From positions 1,472,001-1,536,000 of the forward strand of contig CBDDPY010000002.1 of NCBI GenBank assembly GCA_965232515.1: a DNA stretch of 64,000 nucleotides, written 5' to 3'. A program made the translations under genes and the position numbers. The stretch is from Alphaproteobacteria bacterium (GTDB lineage: Bacteria > Pseudomonadota > Alphaproteobacteria > GCA-2731375). Below the pieces are notes generated by a model, which was not told where the DNA came from, did not search any database, and saw only the letters and a program-made list of their open reading frames with translations. Below are positions 1-13,498 of the stretch, piece by piece (within the stretch, counting starts at the first letter, position 1; each line of letters starts with the position of its first letter).

Positions 1-1076
1 GCGATCGTGGTGTTGAAGAGATACGCAGCCCGCGGTCCGGCCGGCAGCTTGGCGCCGTCCTGCCGGCAATCGATGTGCGGCGAACCGACCGCCCCCATCA
101 GATCGTTCAGCGCCGTCATCGCCTCGGCGTCCGCCATGTCACCAGCGATCGCGGCGATGCGGTCGCCGGCGAGACCCTGCATGCGGCCGGCAATGGCGCG
201 GAAGGCCTGGTCCCAGGTCGCCGGGGTCAGCTTGCCGTCGACCCGCACATAGGGCCGGTCGAGCCGCTGCCGCTTCAGGCCGTCGACGGCAAACCGGGTC
301 TTATCCGAGATCCACTCCTCGTTCACGTCCTCGTGCAGGCGCGGCAGGATCCGCATCACCTCGCGGCCGCGGGTGTCGACGCGAATATTGCTGCCGACGG
401 CGTCGTGCGCGTCGATGGTCTCGGTCTTGCGCAGCTCCCAGGGCCGGGCCGTGAAGGCATAGGGCTTGGAGGTCAGCGCGCCGACCGGGCAGATGTCGAT
501 CATGTTGCCGGAGAGCTCCGAGGTCAGCGCCTCCTCCACATAGGTACCGATCTCCATCTGCTCGCCGCGGCCCGTGGCGCCCAGCTCCTCGACGCCGGCG
601 ATCTCGGTGGCAAAGCGGATGCAGCGGGTACAGTGGATGCAGCGGGTCATGATCGTCTTGATCAATGGCCCGAGATACTTGTCCTTCACCGCCCGCTTGT
701 TCTCGTGATACCGGCTGCTGTCGTAGCCGTAGGCCATGGCCTGGTCCTGCAGGTCGCATTCGCCGCCCTGATCGCAGATCGGGCAGTCGAGCGGATGGTT
801 GATCAGCAGGAACTCCATCACGCCCTGGCGGGCCTTGCGCACCGACGGCGTGTTGGTGTGAATGACCATGTTGTCGGCGGCCGGCATGGCGCAGCTGGCG
901 ATCGGCTTCGGCGACCGCTCCATCTCGACCAAGCACATGCGGCAGTTCCCGGCGATCGACAGCCGGTCGTGATAGCAGAAGCGCGGCACTTCGATGCCGG
1001 CCTCCTCGCAAGCCTGCAGCACGGTGGTGCCGGGCTCGACCGTGATTTCCTTGCCGTCGATCGTCAACGTGGGCAT
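1..1076 (-). CDS. nuoG: NADH-quinone oxidoreductase subunit G (5' part; runs off the window)
   Basis: Manual translation from ATG at 1076: [52 protein letters not shown]...[19 protein letters not shown]; follows nuoF. Confidence 0.97.
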   Translation of the reverse strand, partial: MPTLTIDGKEITVEPGTTVLQACEEAGIEVPRFCYHDRLSIAGNCRMCLVEMERSPKPIASCAMPAADNMVIHTNTPSVRKARQGVMEFLLINHPLDCPICDQGGECDLQDQAMAYGYDSSRYHENKRAVKDKYLGPLIKTIMTRCIHCTRCIRFATEIAGVEELGATGRGEQMEIGTYVEEALTSELSGNMIDICPVGALTSKPYAFTARPWELRKTETIDAHDAVGSNIRVDTRGREVMRILPRLHEDVNEEWISDKTRFAVDGLKRQRLDRPYVRVDGKLTPATWDQAFRAIAGRMQGLAGDRIAAIAGDMADAEAMTALNDLMGAVGSPHIDCRQDGAKLPAGPRAAYLFNTTI

Positions 1077-1092
1077 GTGGTCTTCGGCTCCC

Positions 1093-2379
1093 TCAGGCGG
1101 CGGCAGGCTGGGCCTGCTTGCGGTCGAGAATGCGGCGTTCCAGCTCGGGCCGGAAATGCCGGATCAGGCCCTGAATCGGCCAGGCCGCGGCGTCGCCCAG
1201 CGCGCAGATCGTGTGGCCCTCGACCTGGTAGGTGACGTCGAGCAGCATCTCGATTTCCTCGACCTCAGCCTCGCCCTTCACCAGACGCTCCATCACGCGC
1301 CACATCCAGCCCGTACCCTCGCGGCAGGGCGTGCACTGACCGCAGGACTCGTGCTTGTAGAATTCGGAGAGGCGCGCGATGGCCTTCACCACGTCGCACG
1401 ACTTGTCCATGACGATGACGGCGGCCGTGCCGAGCCCGGACTTCACCTCTTTCAGCGCATCGAAGTCCATCAGCACGTCGTCACAAATCGACTTCGGCAG
1501 CAGCGGCACCGAGGCGCCGCCCGGAATGATCGCCTGCAGATTGTCCCAGCCGCCGATGACGCCGCCGGCATGTTTTTCGATCAGCTCGCGCAGCGGGATC
1601 GACATCTCCTCTTCCACGTTGCACGGCTTGTTCACGTGGCCGGAAATGCAGAACACCTTGGTGCCGGTGTTGTTCTCGCGACCAAAACCGGCGAACCAGT
1701 CGGCGCCGCGGCGCAGGATTGTCGGCACCACGGCGATGCTCTCGACGTTGTTGACCGTCGTGGGGCAACCCCAGACGCCGACATTGGCCGGGAACGGCGG
1801 CTTCAGGCGCGGCTGACCCTTCTTGCCTTCCAGGCTCTCGATCAGCGCCGTCTCCTCGCCGCAGATATAAGCGCCGGCGCCGCGGTGCAGGTAGACGTCG
1901 AAATCGTAGCCCGATCCGCAGGCATTCTTGCCGATCAGGCCGGCCTCGTAAGCCTCATCGATCGCCTCCTGCAGCGCGTTGCCTTCATGATGGAATTCGC
2001 CGCGGATATAGATGTAGGCGGCGATGGCGCGCATGGCGTAGCCGGCGATCAGGCAGCCCTCGACCAGCTTGTGCGGGTCGTGGCGCATCATGTCGCGGTC
2101 CTTGCAGGTGCCGGGCTCGCCCTCGTCCGCGTTGACCACCAGATAGGAGGGTCGGCCGTCCGACTCCTTCGGCATGAAGGACCATTTCAGACCGGTCGGA
2201 AAACCGGCGCCGCCGCGGCCGCGCAGACCGGATTTCTTCACCTCTTCGACGATGTCTTCCGGCGAGCGGCTGAGGATCTCCTTGGTGCCGTCCCAGTCGC
2301 CGCGCTTGCGCGCCGCCGCGAGACGGAAATCCTGGTAGCCGTAGAGGTTGGTGAAGATGCGATCTTCGTCGCGAAGCAT
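1093..2379 (-). CDS. nuoF: NADH-quinone oxidoreductase subunit F
   Basis: [36 protein letters not shown] and [12 protein letters not shown] motifs. Confidence 0.98.
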   Translation of the reverse strand: MLRDEDRIFTNLYGYQDFRLAAARKRGDWDGTKEILSRSPEDIVEEVKKSGLRGRGGAGFPTGLKWSFMPKESDGRPSYLVVNADEGEPGTCKDRDMMRHDPHKLVEGCLIAGYAMRAIAAYIYIRGEFHHEGNALQEAIDEAYEAGLIGKNACGSGYDFDVYLHRGAGAYICGEETALIESLEGKKGQPRLKPPFPANVGVWGCPTTVNNVESIAVVPTILRRGADWFAGFGRENNTGTKVFCISGHVNKPCNVEEEMSIPLRELIEKHAGGVIGGWDNLQAIIPGGASVPLLPKSICDDVLMDFDALKEVKSGLGTAAVIVMDKSCDVVKAIARLSEFYKHESCGQCTPCREGTGWMWRVMERLVKGEAEVEEIEMLLDVTYQVEGHTICALGDAAAWPIQGLIRHFRPELERRILDRKQAQPAAA

Positions 2380-2383
2380 AAAG

Positions 2384-2989
2384 CTACTCCATGAATCCCG
2401 TCAGTGTCGTCGGACCGCCCTCGGGCTCCGAGCTGCGACGACCGTTCTGCGGGCCCGCCTTCGGCCGCTCGCCGCTGGCGAGCGCCTTCAGGATGTCGAC
2501 CACCGACTCTGGTGTCAGATCTTCGTAGTAGTCATCGTTGATCTGGATCATCGGCGCGTTGACGCAGGCGCCGAGGCATTCGACCTCGATCAGCGTGAAC
2601 AGGCCGTCCGCCGTCGTCTCGCCCATGCCGATACCGAGATGCGCCTTGACGGCGTCGACGATATCGCCCGATTTGCGCAGCCAGCACGGCGTCGTCGTGC
2701 AGACCTGCAGGAAGTATTTTCCCACCGGCGCCAGATTGTACATCGTGTAGAACGACGCGACCTCGTAGACCCGGATCCGCGGCATCTCGAGCAGTTCGGC
2801 GACATGGTCCATGGCCGCGCGCGGCAGCCAGTTCTCGTGCTGACGCTGGGCGATGTCGAGCAGCGGCATCACGGCGCTCGCCTGCCGGCCTTCCGGATAA
2901 CGGGCGATGATCTTCTTCGCCTCGGCCAGGTTCTCCGGCGTGAAGGCGAAGCTCTCGGGCTGGTCGACGTTGGCCGTCGGCGCGCTCAT
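2384..2989 (-). CDS. nuoE: NADH-quinone oxidoreductase subunit E
   Basis: CTTTPC and [10 protein letters not shown] 2Fe-2S motifs; operon position. Confidence 0.97.
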   Translation of the reverse strand: MSAPTANVDQPESFAFTPENLAEAKKIIARYPEGRQASAVMPLLDIAQRQHENWLPRAAMDHVAELLEMPRIRVYEVASFYTMYNLAPVGKYFLQVCTTTPCWLRKSGDIVDAVKAHLGIGMGETTADGLFTLIEVECLGACVNAPMIQINDDYYEDLTPESVVDILKALASGERPKAGPQNGRRSSEPEGGPTTLTGFME

Positions 2990-4164
2990 CTGTCGATCTC
3001 CCCGAAGACGATATCGAGGCTGCCGATGATGGCGACGGAATCGGCCAGCAAGTGACCCTTCGCCATGAAGTCGAGCGCCTGCAGGTGCGGAAATCCCGGC
3101 GCCCGGATCTTGCAGCGGTACGGCTTGTTGCTGCCGTCGGCGATCAGATAGACGCCGAATTCGCCTTTCGGCGCCTCGACCGCCGTATAGGTCTCGCCCT
3201 CGGGCACGTGATAGCCCTCGGTGTAGAGCTTGAAGTGATGGATCAGCGCCTCCATTGAGCGCTTCATCTCGCCCCGCGACGGCGGCACCATCTTGCCGTC
3301 GGTGCTGGCGACCGGACCGTCCGGCAGCTTGTCCAGCACCTGCTTGATGATCCGGGCCGACTGCCGCATCTCTTCCAGCCGGCAGAGATAGCGGTCGAAG
3401 CAGTCGCCGTTCTTGCCGACCGGAATGTCGAAATCGTAGTCCTCGTAGCCGTCATAGGGCTGCGCCTTGCGCAGGTCCCACGGCACGCCGCTGCCGCGCA
3501 GCATGACGCCGGTGAAACCCCAGTCCATGGCGTCGTCGGCCGAGACGATGCCGATGTCGGCGTTGCGCTGCCGGAAGATCCGGTTCTCCGTCAGCAGTCC
3601 CTCGACGTCGTCCAGGAAGCTCGGCAGGTGCTCGCAATAGGCATAGATCTCTTCGGCCATGCCGTCGGGCATATCCTGATGCACCCCGCCCGGCCGGAAA
3701 TAAGCGGCGTGCAGGCGCGCGCCGCAAACGCCCTCGTAGAACTCCATCAGCTTCTCACGCTCCTCGAAACCCCAGAGCGCGGGCGTGGTGGCGCCGACGT
3801 CGAGCGCCTGCGTCGTCACGTTCAGAAGGTGGTTGAGGATGCGCGAGACTTCGCCGAACAGCACGCGGATCGCCTGGCCGCGCGGCGGCACCTCGCAGTC
3901 GATCAGCTTCTCGACGGCGAGCGCAAAGGCGTGCTCCTGGTTCATCGGCGCGACATAGTCGAGGCGGTCGAAATACGGCACCGCCTGCAGATAGGTCTTG
4001 TGCTCGATCAGCTTTTCGGTGCCGCGATGCAACAGGCCGATATGCGGGTCGCAACGCTCCACGACCTCGCCGTCGAGCTCCATCACCAAGCGCAGCACGC
4101 CATGCGCGGCCGGATGCTGCGGCCCGAAATTCATGGTCAGGTTCTTGATTTCGACTTCGGCCAT
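2986..4164 (-). CDS. nuoD: NADH-quinone oxidoreductase subunit D
   Basis: [26 protein letters not shown]-terminal DIVFGEIDR. Confidence 0.98.
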   Translation of the reverse strand: MAEVEIKNLTMNFGPQHPAAHGVLRLVMELDGEVVERCDPHIGLLHRGTEKLIEHKTYLQAVPYFDRLDYVAPMNQEHAFALAVEKLIDCEVPPRGQAIRVLFGEVSRILNHLLNVTTQALDVGATTPALWGFEEREKLMEFYEGVCGARLHAAYFRPGGVHQDMPDGMAEEIYAYCEHLPSFLDDVEGLLTENRIFRQRNADIGIVSADDAMDWGFTGVMLRGSGVPWDLRKAQPYDGYEDYDFDIPVGKNGDCFDRYLCRLEEMRQSARIIKQVLDKLPDGPVASTDGKMVPPSRGEMKRSMEALIHHFKLYTEGYHVPEGETYTAVEAPKGEFGVYLIADGSNKPYRCKIRAPGFPHLQALDFMAKGHLLADSVAIIGSLDIVFGEIDR

Positions 4165-4775
4165 CAGGCTTGTCCTTCAGCCTTCTCGTCGCCGGGCAGA
4201 ATGTATTCGGCGCCTTCCCAGGGACTCATGAAGTCGAAGCTGCGGAACTCCTGCGTCAGGGCCACGGGCTCGTAGACCACCCGCTTCTGCTCATCGTCGT
4301 AGCGCAGCTCGACGAAACCGGTCAGCGGAAAGTCCTTCCGCATCGGGTGGCCCTCGAAGCCGTAGTCAGTCAGCAGCCGGCGCAGATCGGGGTGGTCGCT
4401 GAACAGGATGCCGTAGAGGTCCCAAGCCTCGCGCTCGAACCAGCCGGCCGCCTTGTAGATGCCGGAAACGCTGGGTACCGGCGTCATCTCGTCGGTCTGC
4501 ACTTTCACGCGGATACGCTGGTTATGTTTCAGGCTCAGCAGGTTGTAGACGACATCGAAACGCTCGGCGCGCTCCGGGTGGTCGACCCCGCAGATATCGA
4601 TCAGCAGCTTGAACAGGCATTGCTGATCGTCGCGCAGGAAGGTCATGACCTTGACGATCGCGTCGGCGCGCGTCTGCACCATGAGCTCGCCGTGCGCGAC
4701 CGCGGTCTCGCTCACCTCGCTCGCCAGAGCGGTGGCGATGTACTCGCCCAGTTCGCTGATGCTTTCGTCCGCCAT
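4164..4775 (-). CDS. nuoC: NADH-quinone oxidoreductase subunit C
   Basis: EREAWDLYG...[24 protein letters not shown]. Confidence 0.97.
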   Translation of the reverse strand: MADESISELGEYIATALASEVSETAVAHGELMVQTRADAIVKVMTFLRDDQQCLFKLLIDICGVDHPERAERFDVVYNLLSLKHNQRIRVKVQTDEMTPVPSVSGIYKAAGWFEREAWDLYGILFSDHPDLRRLLTDYGFEGHPMRKDFPLTGFVELRYDDEQKRVVYEPVALTQEFRSFDFMSPWEGAEYILPGDEKAEGQA

Positions 4776-4807
4776 CGACGTCTCTCAATTACCGCCGGTC
4801 GATCCGG

Positions 4808-5347
4808 TCAGCGCAGGAAGGTGCCCGTGCGGCGGATCTTCTTCTGCAACTGAAGAATGCCGTAGACCAGGGCTTCCGCCGTCGGCGGACAACCCGGCAC
4901 GTAGATATCGACCGGCACGATGCGGTCGCAGCCGCGCACCACGGAATAGGAATAGTGATAATAGCCGCCACCGTTGGCGCAGCTGCCCATGGAGATCACA
5001 TAGCGCGGCTCGGCCATCTGGTCGTAGACCTTGCGCAAGGCCGGCGCCATTTTGTTGGTCAGCGTGCCGGCGACGATCATCACATCGGACTGTCGCGGGC
5101 TGGCCCGCGGCACCACGCCGAACCGGTCGAGGTCGTAGCGCGGCATATAGGCGTGGATCATCTCGACGGCGCAGCAGGCGAGGCCAAAGGTCATCGGCCA
5201 GAGCGAACCGGTACGCGCCCAATTCACCAGCTTGTCGACGGAGCTGACGACGAAACCCTTGTCGTTGAGCTCCTCGCTGAAATCCTTGAGGAACGCGTCC
5301 TGCGACGTCGCGTCAGCCGTTGGGTTTGCCGGTGTGGTCATTCCCAT
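4808..5347 (-). CDS. nuoB: NADH-quinone oxidoreductase subunit B
   Basis: [33 protein letters not shown]; start trimmed to ATG 5347 (5341 also possible). Confidence 0.96.
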   Translation of the reverse strand: MGMTTPANPTADATSQDAFLKDFSEELNDKGFVVSSVDKLVNWARTGSLWPMTFGLACCAVEMIHAYMPRYDLDRFGVVPRASPRQSDVMIVAGTLTNKMAPALRKVYDQMAEPRYVISMGSCANGGGYYHYSYSVVRGCDRIVPVDIYVPGCPPTAEALVYGILQLQKKIRRTGTFLR

Positions 5348-5703
5348 TCCAGCGCTCCCTTCTTCCACTCGTAAACGAAGCCGATGGTCAATATGGCCAG
5401 AAAGACCATCATCGACCAGAAACCGAAAACACCGATCTCGCCAAGAGATATGGCCCAGGGAAACAGGAAGGCGACTTCGAGGTCGAAGATGATGAACAGG
5501 ATAGCGACAAGATAGAACCGGACGTCGAACTGGCGACGGGCATCGCCGAAGGCCTCGAAGCCGCACTCATAGGCGGACAGCTTTTCCGGGTCAGGGTGTT
5601 GGCGGGCCACGATCATCGAGGCGACAACCATCACCAGCGACAACCCAACCGCGATAGCGAAGAACATCAGGATCGGCAGATATTCTCTGAGCAGGTCTTC
5701 CAT
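5338..5703 (-). CDS. nuoA: NADH-quinone oxidoreductase subunit A
   Basis: [42 protein letters not shown]. Confidence 0.97.
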   Translation of the reverse strand: MEDLLREYLPILMFFAIAVGLSLVMVVASMIVARQHPDPEKLSAYECGFEAFGDARRQFDVRFYLVAILFIIFDLEVAFLFPWAISLGEIGVFGFWSMMVFLAILTIGFVYEWKKGALEWE

Positions 5704-5950
5704 CCGTCCCCCGACTGACGAACGGGACACTCGGCTGACGCCGAACTTGGCGCCTGCGCCCCCTATACCGAACGTCCCAATGCTGTACTTGAATGGCGTT
5801 AGGCGACCTCCGTATAGCGATTAATTCGGCGGGCCGCAAGAACGGCCGATTGCGATTGATTGCCGCATGGAAACGCAACGCGGATACGGCCGCCCGAGGG
5901 CGGCGCGATCGCGCCGCGCCGGTCGAATCGGATCGAAGATCGTGGAGAAA

Positions 5951-6027
5951 TGGCGGGAGTGACGGGACTTGAACCCGCGGCCTCTGGCGTGACAGGCCAG
6001 CGCTCTAACCAACTGAGCTACACCCCC
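5951..6027 (-). tRNA. tRNA-Asp(GTC)
   Basis: GGGGGTGTAGCTCAGTTGGTTAGAGCGCTGGCCTGTCACGCCAGAGGCCGCGGGTTCAAGTCCCGTCACTCCCGCCA; cloverleaf with encoded CCA. Confidence 0.97.
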
Positions 6028-6107
6028 TGCGCGGAGGACACTGGGATGTACTTGCGGCGGCTTGCGAAGTCAAGCAGGAACCCCCTCGGACGGCAATTTG
6101 TGAATGG

Positions 6108-6461
6108 CTATTCCGGTTTCCGCTCGGGCGCCGATGCGTCATGCGGACACGCGGCGAACAGAGCGAAGGTATAAAGCTTGGCCGCCGGTTCATGCCAGCG
6201 CTCAGGGTTGGCCCGCAGCCACTTCGTGAAGATCGCCGCCAATTGTGCCGCTTGCTTGCCGCTGGCGCAGTCCGGAAGCCACCTCAGACGTTCGAATCCC
6301 CCGGCGAAGCTCCAGTTGTACGCGTCGTTCAGGCCGCTGACGTAGGTTTCGCGGTCGTACTCGGCCAGATCGAGGTAGTTCTGCCCCGTCACAAGCTGCC
6401 AGGTTTCAGACGGCGACTGCGCGCCGGCGGGCGGTGACCAAACGAGCCAGGCGACCAACAT
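6108..6461 (-). CDS. Small exported protein, Rap1a/Tai immunity-like
   Basis: Signal-peptide-like N-terminus; pattern TG...YVSGLND...C...QL..IFTKWLRANPERWHEPAAKL..FALFAACP resembles the Rap1a family; start codon uncertain. Confidence 0.55.
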   Translation of the reverse strand: MLVAWLVWSPPAGAQSPSETWQLVTGQNYLDLAEYDRETYVSGLNDAYNWSFAGGFERLRWLPDCASGKQAAQLAAIFTKWLRANPERWHEPAAKLYTFALFAACPHDASAPERKPE

Positions 6462-6496
6462 GATCACACCGCCGCCGACGATCCGAACGGCGGCGT

Positions 6497-6572
6497 TGGT
6501 GGGCGGTGACGGGCTCGAACCGCCGACCTCCTCGGTGTAAACGAGATGCTCTACCAACTGAGCTAACCGCCC
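6497..6572 (-). tRNA. tRNA-Val(TAC)
   Basis: GGGCGGTTAGCTCAGTTGGTAGAGCATCTCGTTTACACCGAGGAGGTCGGCGGTTCGAGCCCGTCACCGCCCACCA. Confidence 0.97.
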
Positions 6573-6724
6573 CGCCGGACTGTTCGGTCGGCAAAATGAA
6601 CGATCGCCCCGGCAAATGCAACGCGCGCGCCCACCGGTCGGACCGGGACCGCAGACAAACGAACGCCGGCCAAAATCGGCCGGCGTTCGCAAATCTCGGT
6701 TGAATCTGACGTTGGGAACGGACG

Positions 6725-6997
6725 TCAGTTAACGGCGTCTTTCAGTCCCTTGCCCGCCTTGAACTTTGGCTGTTTCGATGCCGGGATCTGAATTGTCTCG
6801 CCAGTACGCGGGTTTCGGCCTTGCGTCGCCTTACGCTGCGACACCGAGAAAGTACCGAAGCCCACGAGCCGAACCTCGTCGCCCTTCTGCAGGCAATTGG
6901 TGATCAAGTCGAACACCGCGTCCACCGCTTTGGTGGCATCGCCCCGTGAGAGATCGGTGTTGTCAGCGACGGCTGCGATAAGATCGTTCTTATTCAC
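6725..6997 (-). CDS. hupB: DNA-binding protein HU
   Basis: GFGTFSV...GRNPRTGETIQIPA..PKFKAGKGLKDAVN; GTG start; downstream of lon. Confidence 0.95.
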   Translation of the reverse strand: MNKNDLIAAVADNTDLSRGDATKAVDAVFDLITNCLQKGDEVRLVGFGTFSVSQRKATQGRNPRTGETIQIPASKQPKFKAGKGLKDAVN

Positions 6998-7103
6998 TTA
7001 AGCCCCCTTTTTCGTTATGTGCAGTTTAATAGAAGAAGTGTTGGCGATTTCGCCGGCCTATGGAGCGCGGAAAGTCTAGGCACGACATGCATATAGGTCA
7101 AAG

Positions 7104-7131
7104 AAAAAACCGGACAAAAGCCCGGTTTTTT
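7104..7131. terminator. Probable intrinsic terminator after lon
   Basis: AAAAAACCGG-ACAAAAGC-CCGGTTTTTT hairpin flanked by A/T tracts; GC stem is short. Confidence 0.5.
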
Positions 7132-7155
7132 CCCGATCTTGACATACTGAACCAC

Positions 7156-9561
<2,406 letters not shown>

Positions 9562-9685
9562 TACGTCGCCTTAGGTGATGTGGGCGCTCGCGGCCTGCAA
9601 GCGCCAATGAGAAGGCACAACTTAGGATGCGCCAGACAAAATACTAGATGGCCCGTCCGGCCAATGGGTCAAGATCGGCCCCAAG

Positions 9686-10951
9686 CTAGGCGCCGGTGCT
9701 CATGTCCTCCTGCCGATCCGAATAGATGTAGAGCGGGCTCGCACGGCCCTCGACGACCTCGCCATTGATGACGACTTCCTCGGCGCCCTCCAGCGAGGGC
9801 AGTTCGTACATCGTTTCGAGCAGGATGTTCTCCATGATTGACCGCAAACCGCGGGCGCCGGTTTTGCGCGCGATTGCCTTGCGCGCGATCGCCCGCAGGG
9901 CGTCTTCGGAGAACGCCAGCTTGGTCTCTTCCATCTCGAACAGCCGCTGATACTGCTTGACCAGCGCGTTCTTCGGCTTGGTCAGGATCTCGACCAGCGC
10001 ATTCTCGTCCAGATCTTCCAGCGTCGCGACGACCGGCAAACGGCCGACGAATTCCGGGATCAGACCGAACTTCAGCAGGTCCTCGGGCTCGAGCTCGCGC
10101 AGCACCTCACCGGTCTGCCGTTCGTCGGCCGCCCGTACGTCGGCGCCGAAGCCGATCGAGGTGCCCTTGCCGCGCTGCGAGATCAGCTTGTCGAGGCCGG
10201 CGAAGGCGCCGCCGCAAATGAACAGGATGTTGGTCGTGTCGACCTGCAGGAACTCCTGCTGCGGATGCTTGCGTCCGCCTTGCGGCGGGACGCTGGCGAC
10301 CGTGCCTTCCATGATCTTCAGCAGCGCCTGCTGCACGCCCTCGCCCGACACGTCGCGGGTGATCGACGGGTTGTCGGACTTGCGGCTGATCTTGTCGACC
10401 TCGTCGATATAGACGATGCCGCGCTGCGCGCGCTCGACATTGTAGTCGGCGGCCTGCAGCAGCTTCAGGATGATGTTCTCGACGTCCTCGCCGACATAAC
10501 CGGCTTCGGTCAGCGTCGTCGCGTCGGCCATCGTGAACGGCACGTCGATGATGCGCGCCAGCGTCTGCGCCAGCAGCGTCTTGCCGCAGCCCGTTGGACC
10601 GATCAGCAGGATGTTCGACTTGGCGATCTCGATGTCGTTGTTCTTCGCGCCGGCGTTCAACCGCTTGTAGTGGTTGTGCACGGCCACCGACAGCACGCGC
10701 TTGGCATGGTCCTGGCCAATCACGTAATCGTCCAGCACCTTGCAGATCTCGGCCGGCGTCGGCACGCCGTCGCTGGTCTTGACCAGCGAGCTCTTGTTCT
10801 CCTCGCGGATGATATCCATGCAGAGCTCGACGCATTCATCACAGATGAACACCGTCGGGCCGGCAATAAGCTTCCTAACTTCGTGCTGGCTCTTGCCGCA
10901 GAAGGAGCAGTACAGCGTGTTCTTAGAATCGCCGCCACTCAGCTTGGTCAT
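9686..10951 (-). CDS. clpX: ATP-dependent Clp protease ATP-binding subunit ClpX
   Basis: C4 zinc finger CSFCGK...[27 protein letters not shown] loop. Confidence 0.98.
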   Translation of the reverse strand: MTKLSGGDSKNTLYCSFCGKSQHEVRKLIAGPTVFICDECVELCMDIIREENKSSLVKTSDGVPTPAEICKVLDDYVIGQDHAKRVLSVAVHNHYKRLNAGAKNNDIEIAKSNILLIGPTGCGKTLLAQTLARIIDVPFTMADATTLTEAGYVGEDVENIILKLLQAADYNVERAQRGIVYIDEVDKISRKSDNPSITRDVSGEGVQQALLKIMEGTVASVPPQGGRKHPQQEFLQVDTTNILFICGGAFAGLDKLISQRGKGTSIGFGADVRAADERQTGEVLRELEPEDLLKFGLIPEFVGRLPVVATLEDLDENALVEILTKPKNALVKQYQRLFEMEETKLAFSEDALRAIARKAIARKTGARGLRSIMENILLETMYELPSLEGAEEVVINGEVVEGRASPLYIYSDRQEDMSTGA

Positions 10952-11161
10952 GTGCACCCCACACGTCCGGACGCCCAAATCATGTTAATCACCGGCGCCA
11001 TTTACGAACAACCGAAATGTCATGGCTCGACAAACTACCCGTCCGTAATCTGGCGAACCTAACCCGAATCGGCTGCAAGCACTACGAATAGCATAGCCGG
11101 GAGCCAATCAATAATTCGTTAAGCGGAGGCTTCCGTTAACCAAATTTGTTAACTGTTCCCG

Positions 11162-11824
11162 CTAACCGTTGTCATTGCCGCCGGCAGACCCGTCCGCCGC
11201 CGCATTCTCGTCTTCAGGACGGGTCAGGACCACGTCGTCGATCAGGCCGAATTCCTTGGCCTTGTCGGCGGTCATGAAGTTGTCGCGTTCCATCGCGTCC
11301 TCGATCACGGACAACGCCTGGCCCGTATGCTTGACATACATGTCGTTCAGCCGCGCCCGCATTTCCAGTATTTCGCGGGCGTGGATCTCGATATCCGTCG
11401 CCTGACCCTGGAACCCGCCCGAGGGCTGATGGACCATGATCCGCGCGTTCGGCAGGGCGTAGCGCTTGCCGGGCGCGCCGGCCGCCAGCAGCAGCGAGCC
11501 CATCGACGCCGCCTGGCCGGTGCAGAGCGTCGACACATCCGGCCGGATGTACTGCATGGTGTCGTAGATCGCCAGGCCCGAGGTGACGATGCCGCCGGGC
11601 GAATTGATGTAGAGCGAAATGTCCTTGCGCGGGTTCTCGGCCTCGAGGAACAGCAACTGGGCCGACACCAGGCTGGCCATGCCGTCATGTACCGGTCCGA
11701 CGATGAAGACGATGCGTTCCTTCAGCAGCCGCGAGTAGATATCGTAGGCGCGCTCGCCGCGGTTGGTCTGCTCGACCACCATCGGCACCAGCGTGTTCAT
11801 GTAATGGTCTTCGGGATTACTCAT
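11162..11824 (-). CDS. clpP: ATP-dependent Clp protease proteolytic subunit
   Basis: [35 protein letters not shown]. Confidence 0.98.
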   Translation of the reverse strand: MSNPEDHYMNTLVPMVVEQTNRGERAYDIYSRLLKERIVFIVGPVHDGMASLVSAQLLFLEAENPRKDISLYINSPGGIVTSGLAIYDTMQYIRPDVSTLCTGQAASMGSLLLAAGAPGKRYALPNARIMVHQPSGGFQGQATDIEIHAREILEMRARLNDMYVKHTGQALSVIEDAMERDNFMTADKAKEFGLIDDVVLTRPEDENAAADGSAGGNDNG

Positions 11825-11902
11825 CGGATTTGCCCATCTTCGGTTGGCACTTGCCGTTGCGGCCATTGACGGCGGTGGTCTGGATCGGGGCCACGGCGGC
11901 CA

Positions 11903-13264
11903 TCATGTCTTCTCGGCGCCCTCTTCAGGCTCGGCTGACCCGTCGTCGTCCGGATCGCGCATCAACTCGTCCAAGTCGACCGTTCGATCCGTCACGTCGG
12001 CCATTTCCAAGATAAAGTCAACGACCTTGTCTTCAAGGAGCGGCGCGCGCAACTGCGCCTGCGCCTCGGCATTGCTCTGGAAGTATTCGAAAACCTGCTG
12101 CTCCTGGCCCTGAAAGCGGCGGGCCTGGTCGGCGATCGCGCGGGTCAGTTCTTCCTGACTGACCTCGATGTTGTTCTGCCGGCCGACTTCAGACAGCAAA
12201 AGTCCCAGGCGCACCCGGCGTTCGGCAATCTTGCGGTATTCGCCCTTGGCCTCTTCTTCCGGCTTGTCCAGATCTTCGATGGTCTTGCCCTGATCTTCCA
12301 GGTCCTTGGTCACCTGCCCCCAAATCGCCTCGAACTCGGCATCCACCATGCCCGGCGGCACCTCGAACTGCTGCGCATCGTCGAGCGCGTCGAGCAGGGT
12401 CCGCTTCAAGCGCGCCCGGCTGAGCCCGGCATAGTCCTGGCCCATCTGCTCGCGCAGGTTGGTGCGCAGAGCGTCCAGGTTCTCCAGCCCCAGCTTTTCC
12501 GCCAGACTGTCATCGACCGGCACCGGCAGCGGCACCTTGACCTGCTTGACGTCGACGGCGAACTCGGCCGCCTTGCCGGCGAGATCGGCGCTGCCGTACT
12601 CCTCGGGGAAGGTGACGCTGACGGTCTTGCTCTCGCCGGCCTTCAGGCCGACAAGTTGGTCCTCGAAGCCCGGAATAAACGACCCGCTGCCGAGCTCGAG
12701 CTGAAAGTCGTTGGCGGCGCCGCCCTCGAATTCCTCGCCGTCGATCGATCCCTTGAAGTCGATGACGACGGCGTCGCCCTCGGCGGCCGTCTGATCTTCG
12801 GCGGCGTCTGAGAACGACTTCATCTGATCGGCCAGCGCCGACAGCCGCTCGTCGACAGCGCTGTCGGCGACCTCGGCGACCATGCGCTCAAGCTTGATGC
12901 CGGAAAAGTCGATCGGCTCGATGGTCGGCATCAACTCGACGGCGATCGTGTATTCCAGGTCCGAACCGTCCTCGAACTTGGTGATCTCGATCTTCGGCTG
13001 CATGGCCGGCCGCAGGTCCTTGTCCTCCAGCACCTTGCTGGTGGACTCGTTCACGGTCTCCTCCAGCACCTCGCCCATGACCCGTTGGCCGTAGGTTTTG
13101 CGCAGCAGCGGCACCGGCACCTTGCCGGGCCGGAAGCCGGGCATGCGGATCTGATGCGCCAGCTCGGTCAGCTTGCTGGTCAGCTTGTTGTCCAGATCCT
13201 TGGCGTCGACAACGACGCTCATTTCGCGCCTCAGACCTTCGGATAGCGTTTCCGTCACCTGCAT
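11903..13264 (-). CDS. tig: Trigger factor
   Basis: GFRPGKVP ribosome-binding motif; FKBP domain FIPGFEDQL. Confidence 0.97.
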   Translation of the reverse strand: MQVTETLSEGLRREMSVVVDAKDLDNKLTSKLTELAHQIRMPGFRPGKVPVPLLRKTYGQRVMGEVLEETVNESTSKVLEDKDLRPAMQPKIEITKFEDGSDLEYTIAVELMPTIEPIDFSGIKLERMVAEVADSAVDERLSALADQMKSFSDAAEDQTAAEGDAVVIDFKGSIDGEEFEGGAANDFQLELGSGSFIPGFEDQLVGLKAGESKTVSVTFPEEYGSADLAGKAAEFAVDVKQVKVPLPVPVDDSLAEKLGLENLDALRTNLREQMGQDYAGLSRARLKRTLLDALDDAQQFEVPPGMVDAEFEAIWGQVTKDLEDQGKTIEDLDKPEEEAKGEYRKIAERRVRLGLLLSEVGRQNNIEVSQEELTRAIADQARRFQGQEQQVFEYFQSNAEAQAQLRAPLLEDKVVDFILEMADVTDRTVDLDELMRDPDDDGSAEPEEGAEKT

Positions 13265-13321
13265 GGGTGTCACCCGGTGCCTTCTGTTGACTGTAATCGG
13301 GAAGTGGTCGGTGCCAGTAAA

Positions 13322-13406
13322 TGGTGCGGGCGGAGGGATTTGAACCCCCACGACTTTCGTCACCAGGACCTAAACCTGGCGCGTCTACCAGTTCCGCCAC
13401 GCCCGC
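13322..13406 (-). tRNA. tRNA-Leu(TAG)
   Basis: GCGGGCGTGGCGGAACTGGTAGACGCGCCAGGTTTAGGTCCTGGTGACGAAAGTCGTGGGGGTTCAAATCCCTCCGCCCGCACCA; long variable arm; usual position upstream of tig. Confidence 0.96.
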
Positions 13407-13498
13407 AAAAACGCCGCGACATGCTGCGCCGTCCTGAACGGGCGGCACTCTATAGCACAGCTTTTTTCGCCAAAGAAAGCGATTAAAGCGCCAGTTTG

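Noticed and set aside
11118-11153. Possible CtrA box upstream of clpX (several TTAA half-sites)
   Set aside because: Spacing is TTAA-N9-TTAA rather than N7; cannot be supported.
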